Positions 37,838 to 49,800 of a stretch of DNA of 64,000 bases are shown in pieces. The notes under the pieces are model-generated. The model ran no database searches. It was not told the origin of the DNA and was given only the letters and a program-made list of their open reading frames with translations. How positions within the stretch are numbered: the first letter of the stretch is position 1; the number at the start of each line of letters is the position of its first letter. The translations under genes were made by a program, and so were the position numbers. The stretch covers positions 867,687-931,686 of the forward strand of contig MU054575.1 of assembly GCA_013239625.1 (NCBI GenBank), read 5' to 3'. This DNA comes from Lama guanicoe (Eukaryota).

Positions 37838-37876
37838 TCACTGCTGTTTGCACTCAGAGGGCTGGCTGGGCTCTTT
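37838..37876 (-). CDS. NAP1L4: NAP1L4 terminal exon coding part (KEPSQPSECKQQ*); 3' UTR extends to about 36775
   Basis: ttttgacag|AAAGAGCCC...TGCAAACAGCAGTGA. Confidence 0.9.
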   Translation of the reverse strand, partial: KEPSQPSECKQQ

Positions 37877-40800
37877 CTGTCAAAAGAGAAAACAAGACTG
37901 TAAAGAATCAACCAACCCCATCAGCCAAGCATCTCCACCCAACATCGAACACGAAGACTCAAATGCTTCATTTATTCTTACTGAAAAAATGGTTCCTCCA
38001 AATGTACTTTTAAAATAGTAACAAAAAAATTAACTTCCCAGGAAAAAGATCACAGTGGGACTGCCCATTTTTGTTTAAGGACATTCTCATTCACAGCAGA
38101 AGGGTCCTGGGGGAAGCGGGGGTCCTCCGGAGGCAGAGGCTGATTAAACGCACAGGAAAGCCCTGGTCCCAAAGCTGAAGGCGCCTCAGAGCCGTGGGGC
38201 AACCACAGCCCTGCCCACGGGCACCCCTCCGGCCCTGCAGGGAGGAGGCTCCTGGGCCGCTGCCTGAAGCAACCCCTGTCCCCGCGGCTGGCCCGAGGCT
38301 CGCGGGAGGGACGCCCCCGGCACTGGGCTCTGCCTGCGCCCTGACAGAGGACGAGAGGCCACTGAGAGCTTCACAGACCAGCCCCAGCCCTCCCAGGAGC
38401 CTGCCCATGGGGGAATTCCATCCTCCAGAAAAGGGGTGAGGGAGATCCTCCCCGCCCCGAGGCGCGACTCACTTCAGAACGACCCGACACCCACACCTCA
38501 CCACTGAAACACGAGAGGCGGCCCCACGGACCGCGTGTGGAGCCAACAACAGCCCGAGAGAAGGAGCTTCTGAGCAGACAGACTTCCTCCCAGTAACTGG
38601 TGGTTTCTGGCTGTGAAGATGACCAATGACTGAACGCGACCAGCCAGGCCCACGGAGTTTCAGAAAAGCCCGCAGCACAGTCTGAAAGGACGTCTGGGAC
38701 AGCGCCACCAACCCCATCAGAGGACAAGCCAGGCTGCAGCCTGTTCCGGGGAAGCCACACTGAAGGGGTGAAAAACCGTGTGCAAAAGATGCACACAGAC
38801 AAATGCCCGTGGGCCCTGGTCCCAGCCCCCGCCCAGAAGTGTAACGGAAAGGGCACAGGGACGAGCCGGCACAGGCGCCCCACCCGCAATCCTAGCTGAG
38901 GAAGACCGCACACCGCCATTTCAAGGACAGACTTGGAGGAGGCCCAGACCCGTGGCCAAGGGGCCCAGACGCTGGCTCCAGACTCACTGGGGGTGCAGAA
39001 GTGCTCCAGGCCTGGGACGGCGTTGGCAGGACGAGGGAAGAAGGGTGTGCGTGCCTCCGGAATGCATTTGCAGAAGGAAGGAGGTTAGAGATGCCGAAGC
39101 TGGGGGTAGGGTGGGGTGGGGCCGGAGCGGGTGGTGGGCCAGGGGGACCTGGCATGCTGCGTCTCCCTAGGTAAATGTGTACACTGGACACCGAGGATGC
39201 CAGGTAAGGCAGAGCGCTGCACAGTCCACAACATGCTCCTCGAGGGACTCAGGAGAAGGCATCTTATTCACGTAAAGTAAACCCTCTCCTGGGGGTACGG
39301 AGATGGCTGGCAGAAAGGGGTCCTCACCAAAACCAAGACCAAGACCAGGACCAGGGCCAGGGCCACTGTGAGGGCAAGAAGCTGGACGGGAACCCTGCGT
39401 CTGGAGGGGGGGGAGGCCGGGAGCTGGCCAGACGAGGAGGACTGGGCCGCCACCGGCACCCCTGCCACCCGAGGCCCGTGTGCAGCCCCGGCCCTGGGGA
39501 CAGCGTCCACGTGGACGCAACTCCAGGCTGCAGGGCTGACACAGAACCGGGACGTGAACTTCACCCACGAGACACTGACGGTCTTCAGCCTGTGGCAGAG
39601 GCCGAAACAGAACTGCCAACTAAACCCAAGTGTCCTGCTGCAAGTCAGGTGCTGTCGGAAGCCTGGGCACCCAAGGCTGCTCACAAAGGACAAGAGTCGG
39701 TGTTTCAAAGGAACAAACTAACAGCCCACGTTGCCCGTCAGGGGCCATTTATAAGGGTTTTAACACACAGCCAACCGGCACGCGCCACAGGCACGCAGCC
39801 CGGGGCGGAGGGCGCCTGGGCTGCAGAGGGACGGCCTCCTCCCAGGGGAAGCTCCAGCCCTGCTGACAGTCTGACGGCACCGCCGTGGTTACACTGAACA
39901 GAGTCCCTCGCTCCTAGAGACACAGGCCGGTGCGGGCAGATGCTCCAGGCAACAGGGACAGCCCTGGCGGGCGTCTTCAGACGTGTGGGAAGCAAGGGCG
40001 ATTAGATGCCACCACCAGTGATCAGACTTGGCCTTCAGACACCGAGATCCACGATGTACATTCACTCCATCGAGTTAAAATGCTTTCCTCAGCCCATGTC
40101 TGCCCACTGCCTGTCAGTTCTCTAAGAAACCAAACCCACAGGAGTAAGACAGGGAGGCCATGCAGACAGGCCCCCAAGGCGCTGGGGAAGCCAGCCTCCC
40201 GGCCCCCCGAGCCACGAGCAGGCACTGAGACACGGCCCCCTCTCCCACACACTGGCCGCCCACTGAGCTCAGCTCGTGCAGCCCTCGCTGTTCCCTGGAC
40301 GGCGCTGTTCCTGAGCTGGTCTCCCCCAGAGGCCCACCGGCCCCTCCCGTGCACCATACTAGGGAGGGGGCTTCTGGCTGGGGCAGAGCTACGATGCCCG
40401 ATGACCCAAGCGGGGGACAGGGCGGCGCCGGGGCTGGCTGATGCCCACTGAAACCTGCGGCCAGTTCTTGCCTCGCTCAGGCAGAACTCTTCCCGGCACC
40501 CACAGCGGCGCTCACTAACGCCGACATGAAACGGATGCCAGAGGCTCTTCAGGTAAAATACTCTGGTGTGAGAAGTTCAGTTACCCTTCCTTATCTGTCA
40601 GTCTGCATAACACCTCAATTTAAAAAGTATAAATGATCGAGAGACATGTGTCAAGAAAATTGCAGTGGGCTGACGCCTACTGCCATTGTGGGCAGCCGAT
40701 CCCAGGGCCCCCTGTTCTGCCTTCTTCCTGGAGGGCAGCCCAGTCGTCAACAAAGATGTCACACCAGTTACATCCCTGCTACGTGGTCAGCGACCAACAC

Positions 40801-43800
40801 TGGGCTCGACAAGCAGAAGCCAGATGTGATTTCTGTCAGTTGGCTTTAAGAGGACACGTGAGAGATGCCTGCACAAAACGCCGCTCTTCAGCCAGCCCCA
40901 GTCCAGCCTGGCACCCGGTGAGTCCGCCTGGACAGCCACTTCCTCTTTATCCACTGAGTCACAGCGTGGCATTGTTGCAAAGCGTGGACCCGAAGTTTGG
41001 AAGTTAGGAATGAATGGAATTCCACCTTACCTAGAAACGTATGATTAACAGACAAAAATTACACCTAAATGGGGAAAAAAATTGAAAAGAACTGTCACCG
41101 TGAAAGAAAATGAAATGCACAGAATTACAGAGGAGGAAAAAGCCACTACCTCTCGTGACACGAGGGCGAGGCCCCGACCCTGAGGTGGGAAGCCTCCCGC
41201 CAGAGCCGGGCCACTGACACCAGAACCTCCTTCCTCTCGTTTTCCTCTGGTTGTGCAGGCTGTGACGTAACAGGCCCCTCTGAAGGGGTGTGCGTGAAGG
41301 AACAGAAATGTCACAGCATGACCCCAGAGGGCAAGACTGGGGGATTTTGACCACGTGGTTGACAGTTCTCAGCTCACACAATTGACCCTCCTAAGTCATT
41401 TCTCACCAGCCAACAATCAAGACTTCACGAAGGGTTAGTATTGACAATTCTCTACTTCTTGTTAAGCTGTCTGTAACCACTTGGTGACAATGCTTGTCCA
41501 GAAAACTCAGACGTGAGAGGAGTCAGAAGGTCCAGTGAGGGGGAGAGCAGAGGAGGACAGACGGAAGGAAACAAGACACGGAGGAGCGGAGCACCCGCTG
41601 CCGGTAAGACGAGCAGCGGTAGACAGACTGTGCACTGCACCTGGAGTGGACGGGGCCAACCACCTCGGCCTCCGCTCCAGAGCTCACACCGGCACCGTGT
41701 GTCAGCGTCAAGGGCGGACACATGCACCTGGGCCCCGGGCGCTGCACCCACGGCAGGGCTGGGGCCGGTGGCCCTCCTCGCGACCCCTGGCGGTCCTCAC
41801 TCGGGAACTGAGCACAGGCGCGTCCGTGCCGAAACGGACAGGCTGGCTCTGAAAAGATGAACGTGCTGGTGAGACCGCGCCCAAAGCAGTATTTATTGGG
41901 CACTTTAAGGAAGGAACCATGCCGTGAGCGAGCACTCAGACACAGCTGGTGCTGCAAGGCCACCACGACAGTCACACCCCGACAGCACAGCACACGTTCT
42001 GCTCTGGGCAAAAACAGGGTAAGAAACACACAGTCTACAGAAACAGAGGCAAGGCTCTCCAATGCCAGGTAATGTTAGTGGCCTCACAGCCCATGGTGTC
42101 AGCCTAAGAGGCAGGTGAGCAGCACATGTCACGTGAGCAAACAGGAGCACTTCTCATCACAGCTTCAGGACAGCACGGGGACAGTTCTGTATGGGAAGTG
42201 CGTGCCAGATGACAAGGCCCTTGATCTCGTCTGAGATCAAAAGTGAAAACTCAGACCTGCAGGTGCCCACTCATCCTCATCAGCATTCTTTTTTCTTAAG
42301 TAAAGCTTCTGAGTTTATTTTAAATTATCTGAGATACCTAGACACTTAACTTTTGAGTATTCTCAGCCCAAGTACAATTGTAAGATTATACCCACGATTC
42401 CATCATTCGTTTAAAAAACTGAACGAGTTTCTATAAAATAAGATACAGCTTGTGAAAGAGTTGGAAAGTGTTTTAGTGAATATTTATACTTAACACTCAA
42501 ATTACACATCACGTCTCAGCAGTTCCTCATTCAAGTATTTTTCTGGTGTGTTTTAACTTTACTAATTACAGAACGACAATTACATATTCATAACACCACT
42601 GCCTCAAAGTGGGGAACACGATTTAAAAGTCCAACCCCGCGGCCCCCAGATCACTAACCTTGGGGTTGATTTCGGCGTCGTCCTCATCTTCTCCCTCCTC
42701 ATCACCTTCTAACTCCTGTATCAAAAGGAGAACTAGCTGAACAGACACGAATTAAGTTCTTGTGGCCCACACTGCCCACAAATAAAGCTAAACTCTGATT
42801 CACAAGGGAATCAACTGCAGTCATTACTCTTCATAACTGATTAACCCCAACCCCGGGCACTTTCTGTTCTCACAGACAACCCTGAAACGAACATATTGCT
42901 GAAAAAGTAGATTCTGTTTGTTAAATGATTATTTTCAAAGATGCACTTTCATGAGGCCAGCTGCAGGGTCACACTCTGGACACAGTTACACATCTGCCAC
43001 GTCTTCCCTTGGCGCCAGTTCGGCAGGGCTGACAGCCGCCAAGGCCGCGCCGCTGGGATGACTGTGACGCGCCTGTGACGTCACGGGCTCTGGCCACTCA
43101 AGCAGAGAAGGCTTAGTGCAACCTCAGGAAAAGACGTCTTACCTCCTCTTCTCCTTCCTCACCTTCTTCAAACTGAAAAGAAAGGAAACAGGTTTTAGGT
43201 GTCATTAAGTGCGACGGCAACCAGACCCAGACCCAGTCCCCGGCAGGCGCCCATGCTGGTCAGGCCGCTGCCTGAAGCACAGGGCCGCGTGCTCACGAGT
43301 CCTGCTGTGTCAGAGGGACACCAGGGATCAGAAAACCACTCGAAGGGGGACTGTGGATGCGGAGGGGCGCAGAAAGGAGACGGTCAGCTAGGGAGTGTGC
43401 TGGGTCCCACCGGGAAACTGGCTGAGCTAAGCAAACCCCAGCGTGCTTTTATTACACACAGGACTTCTGATGCCACTTTGTATCTCATACAGGTGAAGTC
43501 TTTAATTGGTATTTAGAAATACAATAAAACCTTGGCGTTCAGTCTTAACTGACGTGCACAGGAGAAACTCCAATACTGTAGCTGGCTGGTCTTGAATGAA
43601 TTTCTCCCGTGTCCAAGGACATCCCTGGTTGGGCACTGATTGGAGTCTCAAACATAAAGCAAAAACAAAATAAAAGACACCTTATCACTGTTGGCTGCAT
43701 CGATATGGGAGGAGTTACTAGGAGACCCACAAGGAGTGTGGGAGACAAAATCAGGACTTCTACACCCACTTCATCCCAAAACAACGTCCTGTGTGCGCAC

Positions 43801-46800
43801 GCCCCTAGTGAGCCTCAGGTCAGCCAGCTCATCCCTGCACCTCAGCGAGCAGTTCCTCTGCCGGGCGGGGTTCTAAGGGCTTGAAAAGCAGCTGGAGTCA
43901 TTACATCACCTCCAGCTCACACGGGGAATGGGCAGGACTGGGGCTCCTGCCTAAGCAGGCTGAGGTGAACCCCACTTCTAACCTTCTCACTACACTGCGC
44001 AGCAGCAGTCATGTGCAGAGGTGCTGGGAATGAGCACATGCACGTGTGCTACAAGCAAACACGCCGCACTGCCCACGTGAGCACCCGCGCTGCACTCTAG
44101 CACACACACGCACACAGGCAGCGTATCAAGGTTTTAAGTTGATGGGTGTATGACCAAAAAAGTCTGGCGACCACTATCTGGAGATGAGTTTCCACTGGGT
44201 GCAGCCCCTCGATGGTTTTTGGCCAAATTATATAAAGCTGAACATTCAGTTCCTCACTTTACATCTTCCAGCACCACTAGGTGTTGGCCCTAATGCACTG
44301 GATGGAGCAGGTAGAGGAAATTCCATCATCACAGGAGGTTCCACTGGACTGTGCTAGTCTAGAATTCGCTACGGAACCAGCATTTTGTAAAATTAAGTCT
44401 GAGCAGCTGTGTGTCCATGTTCCTGGACCTTGAAAGCCACCTCCCAGCCCAGGGCAGACAGAGCGCACTGGAGAAGTCAGCTAGTCTCAGACCAGTCACC
44501 TGGCGCACCAGACGGGCCCCTCCCGCCACTGGGGCCTTCAGCACAAGGAGGGAGCTGTGAGGAGACGCTGACCGCCGCCGCCTCAGGGCACAAAGCCACC
44601 GAACCTGCCCAGCGCCCACTGCCCTGTCAAGGCCCCAACAGACCGCAGCAGGGAGGAGACACACAAGCACTCAACACAGGGAATCAATGTCTTCTCCCAT
44701 CAACGTGTTCCCGAACCAGACCTCACTTGTCCACGTCAAGAAAGCTGGCAGTATGCTGGGCCTTGGTCGTGATGGAAAACTGTCTCTGGGGACAGCCCAA
44801 GGGCGGCTGGCAGGGCTGCGCTCAGGGGCTCTGCTCCCCAGTTCCGACCGTGGCGGGGCTGGCTCCTTCAGGCAGAAGGCACAGCGGCCGGCATGGCAGC
44901 GCTGTGTTTGTGCGGAGCAGGGGTCTCTACCACTCTGCTGGCACGATCGGCTCTGCCGCTAAGTGCTCGGCGTGGCCAGACCCCCGGGAATGAGCCTCCT
45001 CGTGTTCAGTCGCCCCAAGCTGAGAGACCCCGAGTGCAGCACAGTGAGCCCTGGTCCCTGAGAACATGTGAAACGAATCCCTGGGCGGGCCTCGCGCAGT
45101 GTCTGGCTCTCTGCTCGGACGCCTGCCGTCCCTCCCTCCCAGGTCCACGTCCTCCCAGCGCCCCACAGCAGGCCCCACGAGTCTGGCCAAGGATGCCATG
45201 AGACCTAGGCCTGGGCGCCCTGAGCCACCCCGAGGCAGGGAGGCGCCTGGGCGGCCACCAGCCACATACATTGTCGTCATCCTCTACGGCCTCCCCGGTG
45301 AAGTAGAGCACAGCTCGAGGGACTATCCGCTCGCGAAAGAAGTGTCCGATCTCAAAGTCGGAGGCTAATGTGAATTCGGAATCTTCATCCTGAGGGGAGA
45401 ACTGAACGTTAACTCGTCTCAGTCGGTAAACGTCACGCCCTCTCAGCCTCACTTCACCCGACCTCCAGTGACACGGCTGAGGAGCACTCCCCGCCTCCTG
45501 GCAGCACTGCCGAGTGACAGCCCTCTGCGAGGCGGGGCAGCGGTACCAGGACTGCCACACGGAGGGCAGGGCCCACACCTGCGGGGGGCCCGGGCTGAAG
45601 GACGCCCACAGAACATGTGCTTCCGTCCCACCCCGGGCCACAGGGGGCACCAGCCAGCCCAGGAGTCTAGGGAGGAGGAGCAGACTGGAAAGCAAGCAGC
45701 AGATGGCTCAGGAAATGAAGGCTTCAACAGCAAAACGAAGTCTGTGATGACGACACAAGCTTACCAGGGACTCTCCGTCTCCTGATGCTAGAAAAAAACC
45801 AGAAGACAGACGTTACGCTGGCAACCAAAACCTCTTAACAGCCCACACCAGAAGCTCAGCTGAGATAAACCGGGTATGTAACAACCCGAGGTTTCCAGTG
45901 GGAGTCGCCCGAGCTTCGTGCCTCTCCACTGCCCCCAACTCCAGGGCCCGCAGGCCCGGCTGGCGCAGGCCGCTCTAAGGAAAGGACTCACAAAAGCTTC
46001 AAGTATTAACAGGGGGAAAGGTGCACCGAGTGCCCCAGACTGTGGGTTTTTCAGGGCATCTGTGTTTTAAGTGGAGTTTTAACTCATGTCCTGTGCACAT
46101 GATGATCCAGTAGAGAAAGAGGAAAATCTCGTTGGTTTGTTTTTAACCGGAGGTAATGGGGAGGGAGCCCGGGGCCTCGTGTGTGCGGCGCATGCGCTCC
46201 GCCACTGAGCTCCACCCTCCCCTCAAGAGGAAGCTCTGTAAGCCTCGTAAGACCTGGGTGTGAGTGACTTGCGGCATCTCAGCTTGGCTGAAACTGCACC
46301 TCTGCTTGTTGGCAAAGGAAAGAGAGAACGGTGCTGACGCGCTCCTCCACAGAATGAGAACCCCCCGGGCAGGACGCTGCTGCTCACAGTCAGGGAGACT
46401 TACTTTCCACACACACGGCCACACAGACCTGGGTGCCGAAGTAGGGCCCAGCCCGGAACCAGGTGTGACAGGAAAGAGACCGAACACCAAGCTCAGGGAA
46501 GCCCAGTGGCGCTTGAGCTCAGAACCCCAACCTCCACCGGAAGTGGAGCCCCAGCTGGGCTCAGCCCGGCCTGTCTACCCTCTCGTGAGCCCCTGTGATG
46601 GAGGCCTGTCCCCGGGGAGCCAGCGCAGAGAGGCAGCACTGGCCGATCACGAGGACACTGAGTGCTGGGCGTGGGCGCCCCTGCTCCACAGGCTGCTCAA
46701 GACGCCGGCTCGGCGGCTCTGGCCTGGCAGCCAGCAATCAGCCCTCAGACCTTCCTCATTTGACTGCTGGACTGGACTGGTTTTGCAGGATTAAAGACTA

Positions 46801-49800
46801 CAGGGCGCTGGACTAGCCATCCCGTTACATCCGTTTCATCAATTTTGATTTTCCCCCAGACTACCCCTCCCCCACTGTCACCCTCCATCACGGAGCCAGG
46901 CTTGACGCCGTGTTTACGTGATCACTCTGCAAGCAGCTACGCTGAGGCATCATCGACATGCCATACAATTCACCTCCAAGCAGTCACCAGTGACTTCGGG
47001 TGCCTTTCTAGAGCTGATTGTGCAGCCACGGCAGGTCAGTTTTAGATTCCCCAAAATCACCTCCTAAATCCGCTTGAATTCACTTGATTCCATTTCAGTT
47101 TTATTACTTATTTAAGACTTCCAACAAAGCCACCGAACTTAGGACTCAAAGCTCCTCTGCTTCACGGAGAATGCACACCGGTAACATCCAACGTGCCGAC
47201 GTGAGGCTCCAAAAGGGATATTCCCCAAAAAGGGTATTTCAGAACTAAATTTATGACCGTTCTTATGCCCAAACGAATACACACTTGTACCCTCTAGGTT
47301 CAAAGACAAATCACAGAAAACAGTCACCTCAGTAAAAACCAGTGGACTGAGAGCTGAAGGGCAGCCTGGCAACACGGCACAAGGGCCAGACTCCCGGGTG
47401 AAGCCACCCTGTGACCCCAGGACCAACAGCCCAAAGGTTCCTACGGCAGTTACCTATGGCAGAGCCAGCATTTCTTTATTTCAAACTGTATTTTGCTCGT
47501 GGAAAATAAAGAGAAAAAGGTTTTTCCTCATTTCTGTATTTCAGCACTGCCAGCTGGGCTGGCCCCCAAGCCCTCGAGGTCAGGAGACGACGTGAGGGCT
47601 CCGAGCAGCTTCCCTCCAATCCAGGGGCTCAGCCTCTCCTGGCGTGAAGCCCCAGCTCTACTTCACTGGGGGAGGGGGTTCCCAGCTGTGACTCTGCCCA
47701 AAGTCTGCGTCTGTCACAAGCTATAGATTCCCAAACCCCTGAAGCTCTGTATCCAGGCACGCAGGAACACAAAGAAACAATCTGAGAAAGAGAGGGGTGG
47801 GCAGATGATCTGAAAGCGGAGCCCACGTGACCAGAGCCCCACCCCGCCATCCACAAGCCTGTGTCCCTGCACCCCTGCTGCCGGCACAGCCGCTGCCCCT
47901 TTACCGCCACGCTGGCCTGAGGACCGGGACCCAACCTCCTGAGGGTACCTGTCATTCTATGTGAGTGTGCAGCCAGGAGTCACCCAACGCCCAGCCAGCT
48001 CACCTTTCAGAGGACTGAAGAAGTTGAAAAAAGAATCGTTGGGGACTTGTTTGGTGATTGTTCTGACGGTGCCTCGACCCTTGTGTTTCTGCTTTTTCTT
48101 GATGGTTTTGACTGTCACGTTCTTCCCCTTCTTCCAGTCAATAGTGCACCTACAGGGACAAGACCACAGTCATGAGGACACACTCCATGAGAAAAACCGG
48201 TTCATGTGTGCACAGAAAGCCAATCACAGCTCTCTGCTTAAACTGCAAAACTTAACAGCCTGCAAGTAAGCGTCCCACACGCCTGCGAAGCCCCTTTGGA
48301 GGTCGGCGAAGGAGGGGCACACGGCCCTGGGCCACGGGCAAAGCTTTATGCCCCTGCAAGTCACTTCTGGCGGGGGGGGGGGCGTGATGATCCTGCTGTG
48401 GCCGTGCCTGGTCCAGGCCGGGCAGAGGGCCCAGTGTGAGGCTCTCGGGCTGGTCACCTGCTGCCCCTGACAGACCCCAACAGACCCCACAGTGCACACG
48501 AAGCCACCCACTCAGGGAGCCGAATTCACAAGGCAACTAAGTGAGGGAGACAGGTTGGAGAAAGCAAACAGGCGGCCACTGCTATACTGATGGCCACTGT
48601 GGGCCACACCGGTTCCGGGAGTGCTGGGCGGTCCCCGACTGGGCTGAGCACGGACGGCTGCTTAAGTCTTTGAACCACCGTGGACCAACAGGTGACACCT
48701 GGCGGTATCTGACTAGCGTCCTCCTGAGAGCACACTGGAAAGCCAGGTCGCTGTCTCACAGGGTGGCCTGGCCCAGGGAAGTGACCTTTCTGAATGAGTC
48801 CAGCTATTCGAGTCTAGTAGGATTTGAATAAAGTTCTGTGTTGCTCAAACAGGGAAGTTCATAAGGGTAAGTGCTGGGATCAGTGAATGAAGGTAACTGT
48901 TTCAATGAGGAATAGAACAATTTCCCAAAACATCCCAAACCAACTAGGGGAACGAACTCCAAGCCATCCTCTCCTCTGAATGAGTCCAGACTGAAATCGC
49001 CAAGTTGCCTGGTCATGAGGCAAACAACAGTTAAACTGCCCACCAACACCAAGAGCAAGCAGCTGAGCAGCACAGCCCGGTACTGACTCAGCCGTTCACT
49101 CGACACACGGTTGCGGGAGGAATCTATTAGCTCGCTGGGCACCGCTTCATTTCAGGGGACCAGAAAACCCACTCCCCTCATTAAAGTGCGGAAACTGGGC
49201 CACTGCCCCAAACCGTGGCCCACATACCACAAAGTACATGTCCCATGAGGCCATCACATGCCCAGACAGGAAGACTCTTTCTTTCTTTTTTTTTTTCTAG
49301 GAAGACCTTTTCTTGCACATTTTTGTCTAGTGGGCTTTTCAGCAGATTAAAGGCTTTTTGCTTTATTCCTAACTTCTGCCTTACTTGTAAAGTTCTAAAA
49401 CCATCTCGGGCTTTTGTTTCAGAGAAAGAAGTGGGAACAGCATTTTCTTACCCGTCACAGTCCACAATCTCAGGCCCTTCAAAGGAAAAGGGGTCGGCCT
49501 TGTCCGGCTCTGACTTCATCTTGTATGTTTTTGTCAGGACTGAATTGGTAAAGTAGTCGTTGGGTTCAAAGTGGAACTCTAATACAAAAGACTGAAAACA
49601 AAAACTTGGGGTGAGCACCACACAAAATCTATAAACTACAGACTTCATGAACCGCCCAGAACTTACTGGAACCCAGCCCCCTCCCCAAGCAGGACACCAC
49701 AGGCAGGAACCATCACCGAGAAGCTCACAGGTGTGGCCACGTCACCAGAAAAACGTCTCTGCTGCAAAAACACCAGCCCAAAGGTAAGACAGAAACGGCA

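Noticed and set aside
42255-42300. Possible extra NAP1L4 exon (AAAAAAGAATGCTGATGAGGATGAG...CAG|gtctga)
   Set aside because: No pyrimidine tract, weak donor, and no homology I can recall
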